DNA from: a virus
Taxonomy: Duplodnaviria > Heunggongvirae > Uroviricota > Caudoviricetes > Crassvirales
Virus record (IMG/VR): IMGVR_UViG_3300020050_008479
DNA length: 64,000 nucleotides
Reading direction: 5' to 3' (one strand)
The notes beneath the pieces were generated by a model, which was not told where the DNA came from, did no database searches, and saw only the letters and a program-made list of their open reading frames with translations. The position numbers and the translations under genes were made by a program. Below, in pieces: positions 45,151-54,923 of the stretch. Position 1 is the stretch's first letter. Each line of letters opens with the position of its first letter.

Positions 45151-45867
45151 ATGATAAACATAGTATTCGGAACGATTAAAAAAGCAGGTAGAGACTTTAC
45201 GTCAAATGAGAAATATGCTGGAAAAGCTGTAGTTACAGTTGAAGGTGTTAAAGGAGAAGGTAAATCAAGAAGAGTATTGTTCAATGCTACTGCCATGGGA
45301 TTATTGAAAATTCCTGCCGGTGCGCAGCAAAATGTAATCTTTGGATTCGTAGAAGCTGATGATTTGATTAATAGAAGATTGTTAATTGCAAATGCTGATT
45401 TGCTTCCTGGCAAAGAAGACACTGTAGTTTACAATGTTTCTAAAAACAAAGTGTCTTACGAAGACAGTAAAGAAAAAGGTAAAGCTATTGCTAGCTCTGC
45501 ATTGCACAAAGAAATCAATTCTTTCTTAGAAGTTGATGAAAATGCAACTCATGAGTATTCACTAGTTTTCTTTGGTGAAAACGCTGGATTAGATCTTTAT
45601 GAATTGGTAAAACTTAATCTTGAAGAAGATGGAAAATCTATCAATGATTTAGTTGCAAATCCATTGTCTTATAATGGCTACCAACAATCTGAATTAATGT
45701 CTGCATCTTTAGATACTGAAGGAATTACATCCGCTGACTTAAATGTTGCAGTTGCTCAAGAAGTTGAAGCTATTGATATTGAAGACTCTATGGCACAAGT
45801 TGCCGAAGTTGAAGCTGAAGAAGTTGATGTTACTGAAGAATGGGGAAATGACGTAGCTGCTGAGTAA
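45151..45867 (+). CDS. hypothetical protein with acidic C-terminal tail (ssDNA-binding candidate)
   Basis: 238 aa; C-terminus EVEAEEVDVTEEWGNDVAAE. Confidence 0.35.
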   Translation: MINIVFGTIKKAGRDFTSNEKYAGKAVVTVEGVKGEGKSRRVLFNATAMGLLKIPAGAQQNVIFGFVEADDLINRRLLIANADLLPGKEDTVVYNVSKNKVSYEDSKEKGKAIASSALHKEINSFLEVDENATHEYSLVFFGENAGLDLYELVKLNLEEDGKSINDLVANPLSYNGYQQSELMSASLDTEGITSADLNVAVAQEVEAIDIEDSMAQVAEVEAEEVDVTEEWGNDVAAE

Positions 45868-45919
45868 TCAGTAGTTTTTAGTAAAAAAAATAATTAATTC
45901 ATATTAAAAAATAAAAAGT

Positions 45920-46819
45920 ATGTCATCATTTGGAAAAAGCATTGAAGTAAAAGAAGGTGGAGCAAGAGTATATTACACAGGAGTAAATAACTTTGATGTT
46001 ATCGCCGTTAACCCAACTAAAGATGAGTTGGGTAAAATCTACGGAAGAGACGTAGATTACGATCCTGAATACGTTGGAACTACAAACATTTCTGATGCAG
46101 GTGGAGAAAGAGAAGTTAATCAAGTTAGAATTGATTTCTACTTGAGAAATGAAGCAGATAAGATCAATGTGAAAGCATCTTTCTATCTTGCTGACACTTA
46201 TCACAAATCAGCGACTGGTAAACTAAAAGTAATAAACGACTTTGGTAATACTACTTGGTTGACTGAAACTGATATCAAAGGAGGAACTGCTCCAGACAAC
46301 ATGGGATGGTACAACATGAGTGGAGTTAAAGTTGCTAAAAGAGGAGAAGAAGAAATCATTGACTTCTTAAAGAATTTATTGAATCTTCCTATTGACTTGA
46401 GTAAACTTGCAGATTTATCTGAAGCTCACGCGAAATTCCCCAAAGAAGTTTTAACTTCTATGTTTAAAGGAGACGTTTCTTTATTGAAACAAATTGTAGA
46501 TTCAAGTAACAACAAGATTGGAATTTTGTTAGGTGTAAAAACTAATGCAGAAGGTAAAATCATGCAAGCAGTTTATACTAAGAAAACTCTTAGACAGTAC
46601 GTATTGCATTCTACAAAAGCAGATAAATTCAAATATCTTCAAAAAGATTTAGCTGATGCTAAAGCTAATGGAGCTTACGGAAACGTAGACTTCGGAAGAA
46701 ACGACTTAGCTTTTAGAGAGTTCGTAATTACTCCTACTGAGATTTCTGCAGAAAACTTGCCATCTGAAGAAGATGCATTCCCTGCTGCGGAACCAGAAGA
46801 AGAAGACTGGTTGAACTAA
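45920..46819 (+). CDS. putative ssDNA-binding / annealing protein
   Basis: 299 aa; acidic C-terminal tail EEDAFPAAEPEEEDWLN; located between the AAA_24 ATPase and the primase. Confidence 0.35.
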   Translation: MSSFGKSIEVKEGGARVYYTGVNNFDVIAVNPTKDELGKIYGRDVDYDPEYVGTTNISDAGGEREVNQVRIDFYLRNEADKINVKASFYLADTYHKSATGKLKVINDFGNTTWLTETDIKGGTAPDNMGWYNMSGVKVAKRGEEEIIDFLKNLLNLPIDLSKLADLSEAHAKFPKEVLTSMFKGDVSLLKQIVDSSNNKIGILLGVKTNAEGKIMQAVYTKKTLRQYVLHSTKADKFKYLQKDLADAKANGAYGNVDFGRNDLAFREFVITPTEISAENLPSEEDAFPAAEPEEEDWLN

Positions 46820-46826
46820 TATTAAC

Positions 46827-46850
46827 GGGGGAGAAATCCCCCTTAATTTA
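46827..46850 (+). terminator. terminator-like hairpin
   Basis: GGGGGA-GAAA-TCCCCC followed by TTAATTTA. Confidence 0.45.
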
Positions 46851-46857
46851 AAATGTA

Positions 46858-47172
46858 ATGTTTAAAAAAAGAGAAGAGAATAAAAAATATTCTGAAGAGA
46901 ATGCTTTGTTGATACAATTTTTAGATTTACAGACTGATGAATTTATAACTAAGTTCATACGAGAGAAATACAAAGCAGGTCAACTTGTGAGTGTAGCCTC
47001 TACCGGAACTGCTGGAGGATTAAGAGTCAAAATAGTAGACGATAGAGTAGATATTTCTAGAACCACAGGATATACTAAGATTTATATCGGAACGGCTAAA
47101 GTGTGGGATAATGAAATAACAAAACTTGGTAACTTTCAAGGAAAATCTAGACTAGCTAAAATCGTACCATGA
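46858..47172 (+). CDS. hypothetical protein
   Basis: 104 aa; its stop overlaps the primase start. Confidence 0.45.
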   Translation: MFKKREENKKYSEENALLIQFLDLQTDEFITKFIREKYKAGQLVSVASTGTAGGLRVKIVDDRVDISRTTGYTKIYIGTAKVWDNEITKLGNFQGKSRLAKIVP

Positions 47173-48212
47173 CAGGATTCAAAAACAGAGAATTTAAAAA
47201 TCTCCCAACAGAAAATGACATATTAGCACTTGTGACTGATATTGATATATTTTCATTTTACTTAGGCGCAATACCTAAGAAGTTAATTTGCAGTCCTTTA
47301 AGGAATGACAAAGTTCCTTCTTTTGGATTATTTCGCAGTGATAAGTACAACAAGACATTATACAAAGATTTCGCTAATGGTGAATCTGGTAATTGCTTTG
47401 TGTTTGTAAAAAAACTATTTAATTTACCAAAGATTACTGACGCGTATACTAGAATAGCATCTGACTTCTTGATGACTCAATTTGAAACTCAAACTCCTAT
47501 TCCTTTTGAAGGTTTAAAAAGCTACGTGGCTAAAAACAACGAAGGAACATTGAGTAAAGAGAAGATTGAAATCAAAGTTAAGGTCAGAAAATGGGATGAT
47601 GGAGATAGAGAATATTGGTTCTTAAAGTATGGAATTAATATTTCAATGCTTAAGCATTGCCAAGTATATCCTATCTCTCATTACTTCCTTAATTCTTATT
47701 GTGTAAAAGTGACCGGACTTGCTTATGCATTCGTAGAAAACAAAGATGGTGAGCAAACATATAAGATTTATCAACCGTTTGGAGAGAATAAATGGATTAA
47801 CAACAACAATTATTCTGTTTGGGAACTATGGACTCAAATGCCAGCAACAGGTAAAACTTTAGTAATCACATCTAGTAGAAAAGATGCCATGGTAATCAAG
47901 AGTTTATTCCTGCCTTCTGAAGTAACTTCATGTTCACTTCAAGGAGAAAACTTTAAACCCAAAATGATAGTCATGGAGGAGTTAACCGCAAGGTTTGACA
48001 GAACATTAATTTTATACGACAATGACAAAACAAAGAAGGAGAATTGGGGTAAAATTGCAGCAGCTAAGATTTGTAAAGAGTATTCTGAACTGGGCCTTAA
48101 GCAAATTGAAATCCCTGACATTTACGAAGAAAAAGACATTTCAGACTACAGGGAAGTTCACGGTAAAGAAAAATCCTTTAATCTACTAACTTATTTAATC
48201 AATGCTAGTTAA
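47169..48212 (+). CDS. DNA primase (CHC2 zinc finger plus TOPRIM)
   Basis: ICSPLRNDKVPSFGLF resembles the DnaG CHC2 motif CPFH-x-E-x-TPSF; TOPRIM-like ILYDNDKTKKENWG. Confidence 0.6.
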   Translation: MTGFKNREFKNLPTENDILALVTDIDIFSFYLGAIPKKLICSPLRNDKVPSFGLFRSDKYNKTLYKDFANGESGNCFVFVKKLFNLPKITDAYTRIASDFLMTQFETQTPIPFEGLKSYVAKNNEGTLSKEKIEIKVKVRKWDDGDREYWFLKYGINISMLKHCQVYPISHYFLNSYCVKVTGLAYAFVENKDGEQTYKIYQPFGENKWINNNNYSVWELWTQMPATGKTLVITSSRKDAMVIKSLFLPSEVTSCSLQGENFKPKMIVMEELTARFDRTLILYDNDKTKKENWGKIAAAKICKEYSELGLKQIEIPDIYEEKDISDYREVHGKEKSFNLLTYLINAS

Positions 48213-48432
48213 AAGAAAGAAAAAAAAAGAACAACTAGACAATTTAGAAGGACTAAAATTTACACACCATAGCACTAGTATTATTTACACTATCTCAAAA
48301 GAAATCGGTCAAACAAAATTTACCGTATCTTGGGAAAAGGGTGAAATGGCAGACTATTCAGGATCTACTACTTATTCTAGAGAAGATATAGTTCACAACA
48401 TAGAGACAAAAGTATGGGTAATAGTTTCTTAA
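48202..48432 (+). CDS. hypothetical protein
   Basis: 76-aa ORF. Confidence 0.35.
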   Translation: MLVKRKKKKEQLDNLEGLKFTHHSTSIIYTISKEIGQTKFTVSWEKGEMADYSGSTTYSREDIVHNIETKVWVIVS

Positions 48433-48671
48433 CAAAAAGAGGTCAAAGACCCGTGAGAACTCCACTAGATCAATGCAGAAGTAGATTCACTGTAGGAACA
48501 CACGTTAGCAACAGGAACTTGAATGGAGATTATACCGAAGACTTTACAATATTACCTGATCCAATATTCTTTGAGAATAACGGACATGTTTTTGTAATAG
48601 TAAAAGAAGTAGTTAGAACCGTATATAGATGCGGAAAGTACGCAATAGTAAGTCATAGAAATTTTGCTTAA
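48414..48671 (+). CDS. hypothetical protein
   Basis: 85-aa ORF. Confidence 0.35.
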   Translation: MGNSFLTKRGQRPVRTPLDQCRSRFTVGTHVSNRNLNGDYTEDFTILPDPIFFENNGHVFVIVKEVVRTVYRCGKYAIVSHRNFA

Positions 48672-48933
48672 AAAAAGAAAAGAAAAGCCTAAAATTAAGG
48701 CTCAGGTAAAACCTATTACAATGTGTCAGATTTTCTTCAAAAAAGGATATGTTCTCAATAATTCAAAAGTAATTAAATCAGAAAAGCCTGATTTTGTTCT
48801 TGGAAATGAATTAACATTCGTAGAAAGTAACAATGTTGTTTACGCTAAATTCATTAATGATGGATCTGGCATTGGAAACACATGGACTGTGTATCAAGGA
48901 GGCGAATATGCCAAAATAATAAAAACTAATTAA
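48664..48933 (+). CDS. hypothetical protein
   Basis: 89-aa ORF. Confidence 0.35.
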   Translation: MLKKRKEKPKIKAQVKPITMCQIFFKKGYVLNNSKVIKSEKPDFVLGNELTFVESNNVVYAKFINDGSGIGNTWTVYQGGEYAKIIKTN

Positions 48934-48952
48934 AAATAAAAAAAAACAAAAG

Positions 48953-49996
48953 ATGACTACAAGAGTAATTGACACAAATTTAATTAAGAAAGAGGAAGTA
49001 TTTAGAATTTTAGCATTAGCTGAAGCAACGGGCTTAGCTATGTTACTGATCGGACCTCCAGGAGTTGCGAAAACTGCGTCAGTTATTGACTACGCTAAAG
49101 CTGCCGGGAATGGAACTCTAGCGAATGATGAGTTGTTTATCTTGGAAACAGATGAAGGAACAAAATCAACCGCTGTTAAAGGAAATATCGATTTAGAGGA
49201 GCTTACTCTTAATCAGAAATACAAAGTAATTTCTCCAATTACTAAAGCAAAATTTGTTGTTATTAATGAGGTTGATAAAGCTTCTGCGTCATTAAGAAAT
49301 TCATTGTTAGGAGTAATGAATGAAAAAGTATTGTTTAATGGTAAAGATGCAGTTCCTTGTGATTGGAATGTATTTGTTGCAACTTGTAATAAAATCCCTG
49401 AAGACGAGATAGGTTCTCCATTCTGGGATAGATTTATGATTACTTTTGAAGTAGAAAGAGTACGTCAAAGTGACATCATGGATTACTATGCAAAAGGAGC
49501 AAAGGCATTTAAAAAGAAAAACACAATCAATCTTCCAACTCCTGCTGATATTGCAGCAATCGCTCTTAGTCCTGTTAAGTTAGGAAAAGTAGTTGATTTA
49601 GCTTATGCTAAATTATCTGATAGAACTTTATCTTACCTTCCTACATTGGTAAAAAACATTATGATTGTTTACAATTGTGCTGAGAATGGAGCTTTGATTA
49701 AGGCTGTAGAATTGTTGATTGGAAAGGCAGAAGCTAATGTATTAGCTAAAGCTTTAGTTCCACAAGAATTAAGATTAATCTATGACAAAATAGATATGCT
49801 TGCTGCATCTTCAGACTATAACGAGTATTCTCGTATTACTGACGAAATCAACTTAATGACAGTTGATTTGATGAATAAAGGTAAATTATCTGACGTAGAT
49901 AAAGATGACATTCAAAACAAATACGAACAAGCTCAAGATAAACTTGAATTCTTAGTTGAAGACGAGAACATGGGCGACACAGAAGACGAATTTTAA
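48953..49996 (+). CDS. MoxR/AAA_5-like ATPase
   Basis: Walker A LLIGPPGVAKTA, Walker B VVINEVDKA, sensor N; 347 aa. Confidence 0.65.
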   Translation: MTTRVIDTNLIKKEEVFRILALAEATGLAMLLIGPPGVAKTASVIDYAKAAGNGTLANDELFILETDEGTKSTAVKGNIDLEELTLNQKYKVISPITKAKFVVINEVDKASASLRNSLLGVMNEKVLFNGKDAVPCDWNVFVATCNKIPEDEIGSPFWDRFMITFEVERVRQSDIMDYYAKGAKAFKKKNTINLPTPADIAAIALSPVKLGKVVDLAYAKLSDRTLSYLPTLVKNIMIVYNCAENGALIKAVELLIGKAEANVLAKALVPQELRLIYDKIDMLAASSDYNEYSRITDEINLMTVDLMNKGKLSDVDKDDIQNKYEQAQDKLEFLVEDENMGDTEDEF

Positions 49997-50013
49997 TCTA
50001 AAAAAAACAACAA

Positions 50014-51495
50014 ATGAGTTTCTTAAAAAAAGGAAATAAAAAAAAAGCGGGGTCATTGGCTCCGCTTAAAAAATTCTATGATCCTTATGAGGAATCAGAT
50101 GGATTCTTAAAGAAGGTTCGAAAAGAGGTTATCCTTCCTGGAGTAACTAAGTACGAAGAAATGAAGCTTGCTAGAATTCATGACTACATTAAAGAGAAGA
50201 CTGGAAAAGAATCTACGCTTCCTCAACACATGTTGAATGATGTTTACAGCATGTATGTTAATAGAGATATTAAGAAAAAACCAGTTAATAAATACAATGC
50301 TATTAAGCAGAAAGTTATTGACTCAACTTACAACTCTTTAACTAAAATGGTTGCTAAAGATTCTGTATTGTTTTCTCAGATTGTAACTAGAGAGATTTCT
50401 CTTTATATGCAACAAGTTCAAGATTTAATTGAAGAAGAGACTAAAGATGAAGATGGAAACAAAAGCGGGATCCCTGGATTTGATCAAGAAGGTGAAGATG
50501 ATGGCGATGACTCAGGAAGTGGCCAAGGTCAAGGCCAAGGTAACGGGGAAGGCGATGGAGACGACGGTGACGACGGTGACGGAGATTCTAGCGGAACTGG
50601 CAATCCTGCAGGAGGCACTGGCGCAGGCAAAGGCCCTTCATCCGGAGGACCAGCACCAAAAGGGTTTGAGAAAAAAGTTGACGATATCATTAAACAGAGT
50701 CAAAACAAGTTAGATCAAGCAATGAAGAATGCTGAAAAAGAAATCAAGGAGATTGAAGACTTATTAGGTAAAGACGCAGCTAAAGAATTAAGCGATACTG
50801 ACGCTAACTTTCTTGAAGATTTTAATAGACTTAAGGCATTACTGAAGAAAGTTACTTTTAATAAAGATAACATCAAAACAGTATTGATGAAGATCCTTAA
50901 TAAATCTCAAAACTACTTTTCTAAAAATGCAATAACAGTTGAGGAAAGTATCTTTGATGCTGATGAACTTGACGAATTATTTGGACTTGAATATCTTCAT
51001 CCTATCTTTAGGAATGCAGGAATAATGGACATTGGTAATGAAGGTAAACTTTATACCGGTAAAATTGACTTGTATTTAGATTGTTCTGGATCTATGAGTT
51101 CTACTGCAAATTTTGGAGGAGTTAATATTAAAATGTCTGAATTGGTTAAAGGAATCGCGATCATTCTTTATAGAATGAACATGATTGATAGACTGTACTT
51201 TTTTGATACAGGAATCTATGAAATCAAGAACATAAATGAATTCACAATACTTTCTTTCGATAGGAGTGGAGGTACTGATTTTAATCGTGTTGTTGACCAA
51301 GCTTTATCCAATAAGAGAAATTCAGTCGTAATTACTGATGGAGAAGATGGAGTTAGCAAGTACGCTAAGAATGTGTTTTGGATAGGAATTGGAGGAACTA
51401 AGTTTTCTCGTAATGACGAATTTAAAACATATAGAGCTATAAGACAATGCGTTACTTACAATCCGTCAACTACAAATTTCGACTATTGTAAATAA
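50014..51495 (+). CDS. von Willebrand factor A (VWA) domain protein with acidic Gly/Asp-rich linker
   Basis: MIDAS motif DLYLDCSGSMS ... T ... FDRSGGTDF ... TDGED in the C-terminal half; central 60-aa low-complexity GEDDGDDSGSGQGQGQGNGEGDGDDGDDGDGDS ... Confidence 0.65.
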   Translation: MSFLKKGNKKKAGSLAPLKKFYDPYEESDGFLKKVRKEVILPGVTKYEEMKLARIHDYIKEKTGKESTLPQHMLNDVYSMYVNRDIKKKPVNKYNAIKQKVIDSTYNSLTKMVAKDSVLFSQIVTREISLYMQQVQDLIEEETKDEDGNKSGIPGFDQEGEDDGDDSGSGQGQGQGNGEGDGDDGDDGDGDSSGTGNPAGGTGAGKGPSSGGPAPKGFEKKVDDIIKQSQNKLDQAMKNAEKEIKEIEDLLGKDAAKELSDTDANFLEDFNRLKALLKKVTFNKDNIKTVLMKILNKSQNYFSKNAITVEESIFDADELDELFGLEYLHPIFRNAGIMDIGNEGKLYTGKIDLYLDCSGSMSSTANFGGVNIKMSELVKGIAIILYRMNMIDRLYFFDTGIYEIKNINEFTILSFDRSGGTDFNRVVDQALSNKRNSVVITDGEDGVSKYAKNVFWIGIGGTKFSRNDEFKTYRAIRQCVTYNPSTTNFDYCK

Positions 51496-51513
51496 GTAAA
51501 AAAGCATACACGA

Positions 51514-51981
51514 ATGGAGTTGAAGAAGAAAGATGAAAAGGAGATTATTGAACGTGTATTTTTTTGCCCAACAGGAACGCCAAGCTCAAAAAATAGTAGG
51601 CAATGGACTGGGAGGAGATTCCTTCCATCCAAAGCTACTACATTGTGGCGGACGGAGACTGAACAATGGTGGTTAGACAATAAAGCACTTTTTGAAAAAG
51701 AGTTAATTGGTTTGGAAAAACCATACTTAATTGGAATCCACTTTGTTAGAAAAAGTAAGCATAAATTTGATTTTGTTAATCCAGTGCAGACAATTCAAGA
51801 TGAAATGACTAAGCATGGATATATCCTAGATGACAATTGTGATGAGATGATGCCATTCCCGTTAAGTATTGACGGGAAGTGGTTTTCTTATGACAAGAAT
51901 AAACCAGGAGCTTACATTAAGGTTTTCAGAGATAAAAAGGAGATAGACGCTATGATTGAGTTATCTAAAATTAATCCTTAA
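51514..51981 (+). CDS. rusA: RusA-like Holliday-junction resolvase
   Basis: PTGTPSSKNSRQWTGRR resembles RusA PWPPSNNRYYRHNRGR; catalytic-region motifs DFVN ... ILDDNCDE resemble RusA DLDN ... WLDDAQV. Confidence 0.65.
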   Translation: MELKKKDEKEIIERVFFCPTGTPSSKNSRQWTGRRFLPSKATTLWRTETEQWWLDNKALFEKELIGLEKPYLIGIHFVRKSKHKFDFVNPVQTIQDEMTKHGYILDDNCDEMMPFPLSIDGKWFSYDKNKPGAYIKVFRDKKEIDAMIELSKINP

Positions 51982-51992
51982 AATAATACCAC

Positions 51993-52256
51993 ATGACAAC
52001 AACAGAGTTATTAGCATTAGCTAATAAAACTTTAGAAAAATACGCAATGCCAGCTTTTGCTGATGCATTACGAGAAAAGAGATTCACTCATTTGAGAAAC
52101 ATAGCCGAGAAATGTATTGACAAGGCAAAAGATGCTTTAATAGAGAATGCAATCAGAGAATACTGCGATCCAGTAGTAACTTCTCACTACAAATTAGCAA
52201 ATGATTTAATGAATGAAACTTTAGAGTTTATCATTGTAAATTCAGAAGTTAATTAA
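51993..52256 (+). CDS. hypothetical protein
   Basis: 87-aa ORF. Confidence 0.4.
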   Translation: MTTTELLALANKTLEKYAMPAFADALREKRFTHLRNIAEKCIDKAKDALIENAIREYCDPVVTSHYKLANDLMNETLEFIIVNSEVN

Positions 52257-53362
52257 TGATTGGTGACCACAACCTTCAAATTCCTGAACAAGAGTATAGG
52301 GATTTGGCGCTGCCATCGTACAGCATGTTATCTGGAATATCCAAAGGAGGAATAGACATTATGACCGGAGTTAAAAACAACATCTTCACGTTGAAGTTTG
52401 GAAGTTTGGTTGATGATATGTGTTTTGATACTACTAAAGTAAAAAGTAAATATCATCTTGCTGGGGCCTTAAAAAGTCCAACTCCTAATGTAAAAGGTAT
52501 AGTAGATCAAGTAATTGCTTCTGTTTTAGCTGGAGAAAATGAGAATAGTTCTTTTAATATCGTAAAGAAAAAGAAAATGAACTCTTTATCTACAGTAGCT
52601 TTAAACTTAGGTAATTATGGAGATACAATTATGCTTGCTGCAAAAGTAAACAATGTCTACCAATCTTATTCAAGAGAAAAAGTAATAGAGACTGTTACTA
52701 AAGCCGGACAAGCGTATTTTGAAGACGCATTAATATCAAGAGGAAAGATACTTATAAAGAAAGAAATGTGGGATAAAGCAATGGAGACTTCAATGACTCT
52801 TGCAACCCATCCATTTTCTAAAAGTTATTTCGAAGTTGAACCTGGAATTGAGCTTTTCTATCAATATAAATTCATCACTGAAGTTAGAGGTAGAAGAACC
52901 AAAGGAATGCTTGACATTTTAAAAGTAGACCACAATCAGAAAATAATCTATCCTGTAGATTTAAAAACTGGTGAAATGCCTGTATCTAAGTTCCCGGAGA
53001 TAATGTTGATGTATGGATATTACATTCAAGCAGCATTGTACAGAGAAGCTATTATGAATATAGTAGAATCTGATCCAGACTTAGCAGATTACACAGTTGC
53101 TCCATTTGAGTTTCTTTACATATCAAAAGAGAATCCAAATAAACCATTAGTTTATGTTGTTCCTGAAAGAATGCATAATGCAAGTATGGTTGGATTCACG
53201 GATAGATACGGTACAAAGCACAAAGGAATAATGCCATTGCTGAAAGAATATTACGACTGTAAAGAAGGAATGTTTTGTCAGTATACAGAAGAAGAGTATG
53301 ACCAAGATGGGAAAATCCCATTTGACGATGATTTAATAAAGGAGATTGACGATGAAGATTAA
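52256..53362 (+). CDS. PD-(D/E)XK-family nuclease (RecB/Cas4-like fold), putative
   Basis: Core IYPVDLKTG (D-x-K) and downstream YYIQAALY (QxxxY) motifs; 368 aa. Confidence 0.45.
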   Translation: MIGDHNLQIPEQEYRDLALPSYSMLSGISKGGIDIMTGVKNNIFTLKFGSLVDDMCFDTTKVKSKYHLAGALKSPTPNVKGIVDQVIASVLAGENENSSFNIVKKKKMNSLSTVALNLGNYGDTIMLAAKVNNVYQSYSREKVIETVTKAGQAYFEDALISRGKILIKKEMWDKAMETSMTLATHPFSKSYFEVEPGIELFYQYKFITEVRGRRTKGMLDILKVDHNQKIIYPVDLKTGEMPVSKFPEIMLMYGYYIQAALYREAIMNIVESDPDLADYTVAPFEFLYISKENPNKPLVYVVPERMHNASMVGFTDRYGTKHKGIMPLLKEYYDCKEGMFCQYTEEEYDQDGKIPFDDDLIKEIDDED

Positions 53363-53915
53363 AAATGTAAGATTAAATATAGTTCCCACAAAGAGCTCTA
53401 CTTATTTTCTTCCAATTTTAAATTCATTAGTAAACTTTAAGTTTTTACATCTGTTACAAAACTCGTATGTTATGAATTCCATAGAAGAAGGTTATTTTAG
53501 TGTTCTATACAAGTGGAATGGAAAACCTGATTTTACTGAATGGGAAGCTGAATTAATGGAACATCATTTATTTATTGGTCATGAAGACTATGATGAATAT
53601 GTTTTATACAAGTTTAAGCTGCCTAAGAACTCTCAGGAGATCCTAAAGCTATTTATTCAGGGAAAATATAGCGAATATCCAGACTCATCAAAAGAAGCTG
53701 TTAAAAGCTTTATAGAGAGTCGAGGGTTTATGAATGCAGAAAAGATATTTAAAATAATGAATCTTGACGAAAATTTAAGGCTACAAATGCAGAAGGATTC
53801 AGGTACTACAATTCCAATTGGAAGTGAACTATCGGCTCCGCCTGACATTAACTCAGAAAACTTTTTAAATTCAGTTAAATTTCTCTCAAGTAAGGGAGAT
53901 GCTGACTTTAGTTAA
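53346..53915 (+). CDS. hypothetical protein
   Basis: 189-aa ORF. Confidence 0.45.
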   Translation: MTMKIKNVRLNIVPTKSSTYFLPILNSLVNFKFLHLLQNSYVMNSIEEGYFSVLYKWNGKPDFTEWEAELMEHHLFIGHEDYDEYVLYKFKLPKNSQEILKLFIQGKYSEYPDSSKEAVKSFIESRGFMNAEKIFKIMNLDENLRLQMQKDSGTTIPIGSELSAPPDINSENFLNSVKFLSSKGDADFS

Positions 53916-53932
53916 CCTTAATAATTAATATT

Positions 53933-54313
53933 ATGTTATTAGTAAAAAGAGCAACAAAGCCACTAGGAATAGGTAGCATTGTCAAGATAACGTCAGAAGC
54001 GTTAAATATTTATTATTCAAAAAAATCAGGAGGATTCAACGACAGATTAACATATCAAAAGTACATTGTCTTAGGAAAGATGAATTCTTGTGATCAAAAA
54101 ATCATTAGATTAATACCAATACAAACAACATCTTATCCAGAAGGCAATGCAAATCATTTTAGACTCAGCAAAAAGAGAAAGTTACTTTTTGTAGCATTAT
54201 CTGCTGTTGAGGATTCTAAACAGTCATACTTATCTATTTTTGGAGCAGACGGAAGAAATGAAGTTCAAAATCATTTATTGATAACTCATGGAATCAACGT
54301 TACAAAAGTATAA
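53933..54313 (+). CDS. hypothetical protein
   Basis: 126-aa ORF. Confidence 0.45.
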   Translation: MLLVKRATKPLGIGSIVKITSEALNIYYSKKSGGFNDRLTYQKYIVLGKMNSCDQKIIRLIPIQTTSYPEGNANHFRLSKKRKLLFVALSAVEDSKQSYLSIFGADGRNEVQNHLLITHGINVTKV

Positions 54314-54378
54314 TTATGGTAGAGAAATTACACTCCTCGAATTGATTGAGGAGTGTGAACTTGAGCAAAAGATGATAA

Positions 54379-54687
54379 ATGAAGAAGAAAGCGCAAGTAG
54401 AGACAGCGAAGGAAAAAGAAACTCGGATACGGAAGTTAAGAAGCAGAACTTATAGTTGGGATAAAACAGATATGAATTATTGTTTAGAAAATGGAATTTC
54501 AATCTATCCGGCATGTCAACCTAATGGAAAAATACTACTCTTTGCTCAGCAAGGAGAAAGGTTTAAGCCACTTGACAATAAGATTTATGGACAAGCAAAC
54601 GAAGAAGAATGCCTTGAGTACACGGTAGCAATTATTGACGCGTATACAGAATACGCTGATAAAATAAGATTAAAAAAGAAAGAATGA
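54379..54687 (+). CDS. hypothetical protein
   Basis: 102 aa; ATGA overlap with the next gene. Confidence 0.4.
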   Translation: MKKKAQVETAKEKETRIRKLRSRTYSWDKTDMNYCLENGISIYPACQPNGKILLFAQQGERFKPLDNKIYGQANEEECLEYTVAIIDAYTEYADKIRLKKKE

Positions 54688-54923
54688 TTGGGTCTAAGTT
54701 TGAATTAAACAAAAGAACTTACGTTTTAATCAAAGAAGAAACTAAAGGGCATTGTACCGGATGCGTGTTTGAAGATATTCATGGCGACGGCAATCTTTGT
54801 TCTTTAGTTTATTCTACAACAGCAAGCGGTGATAGTGGTAAAATGTGTCAATATTTTGATGCAATATTCGCTGAAGTGTTTCCTGAAGTAACAAAAGGCG
54901 TTAAAAAAAAATTATCTTTATGA
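54684..54923 (+). CDS. small CxxC protein with C-terminal KGVKKKLSL tail (tandem paralog 1)
   Basis: 79 aa; GHCTGCVFEDIHGDG ... C; ends KGVKKKLSL; ATGA overlap with its paralog. Confidence 0.5.
   Translation: MIGSKFELNKRTYVLIKEETKGHCTGCVFEDIHGDGNLCSLVYSTTASGDSGKMCQYFDAIFAEVFPEVTKGVKKKLSL

Noticed and set aside
50429-50713. 94-aa plus-strand ORF inside the VWA gene
   Set aside because: Alternative frame across the Gly/Asp low-complexity repeat (translates as Lys/Met/Glu repeats); nested in the real gene.
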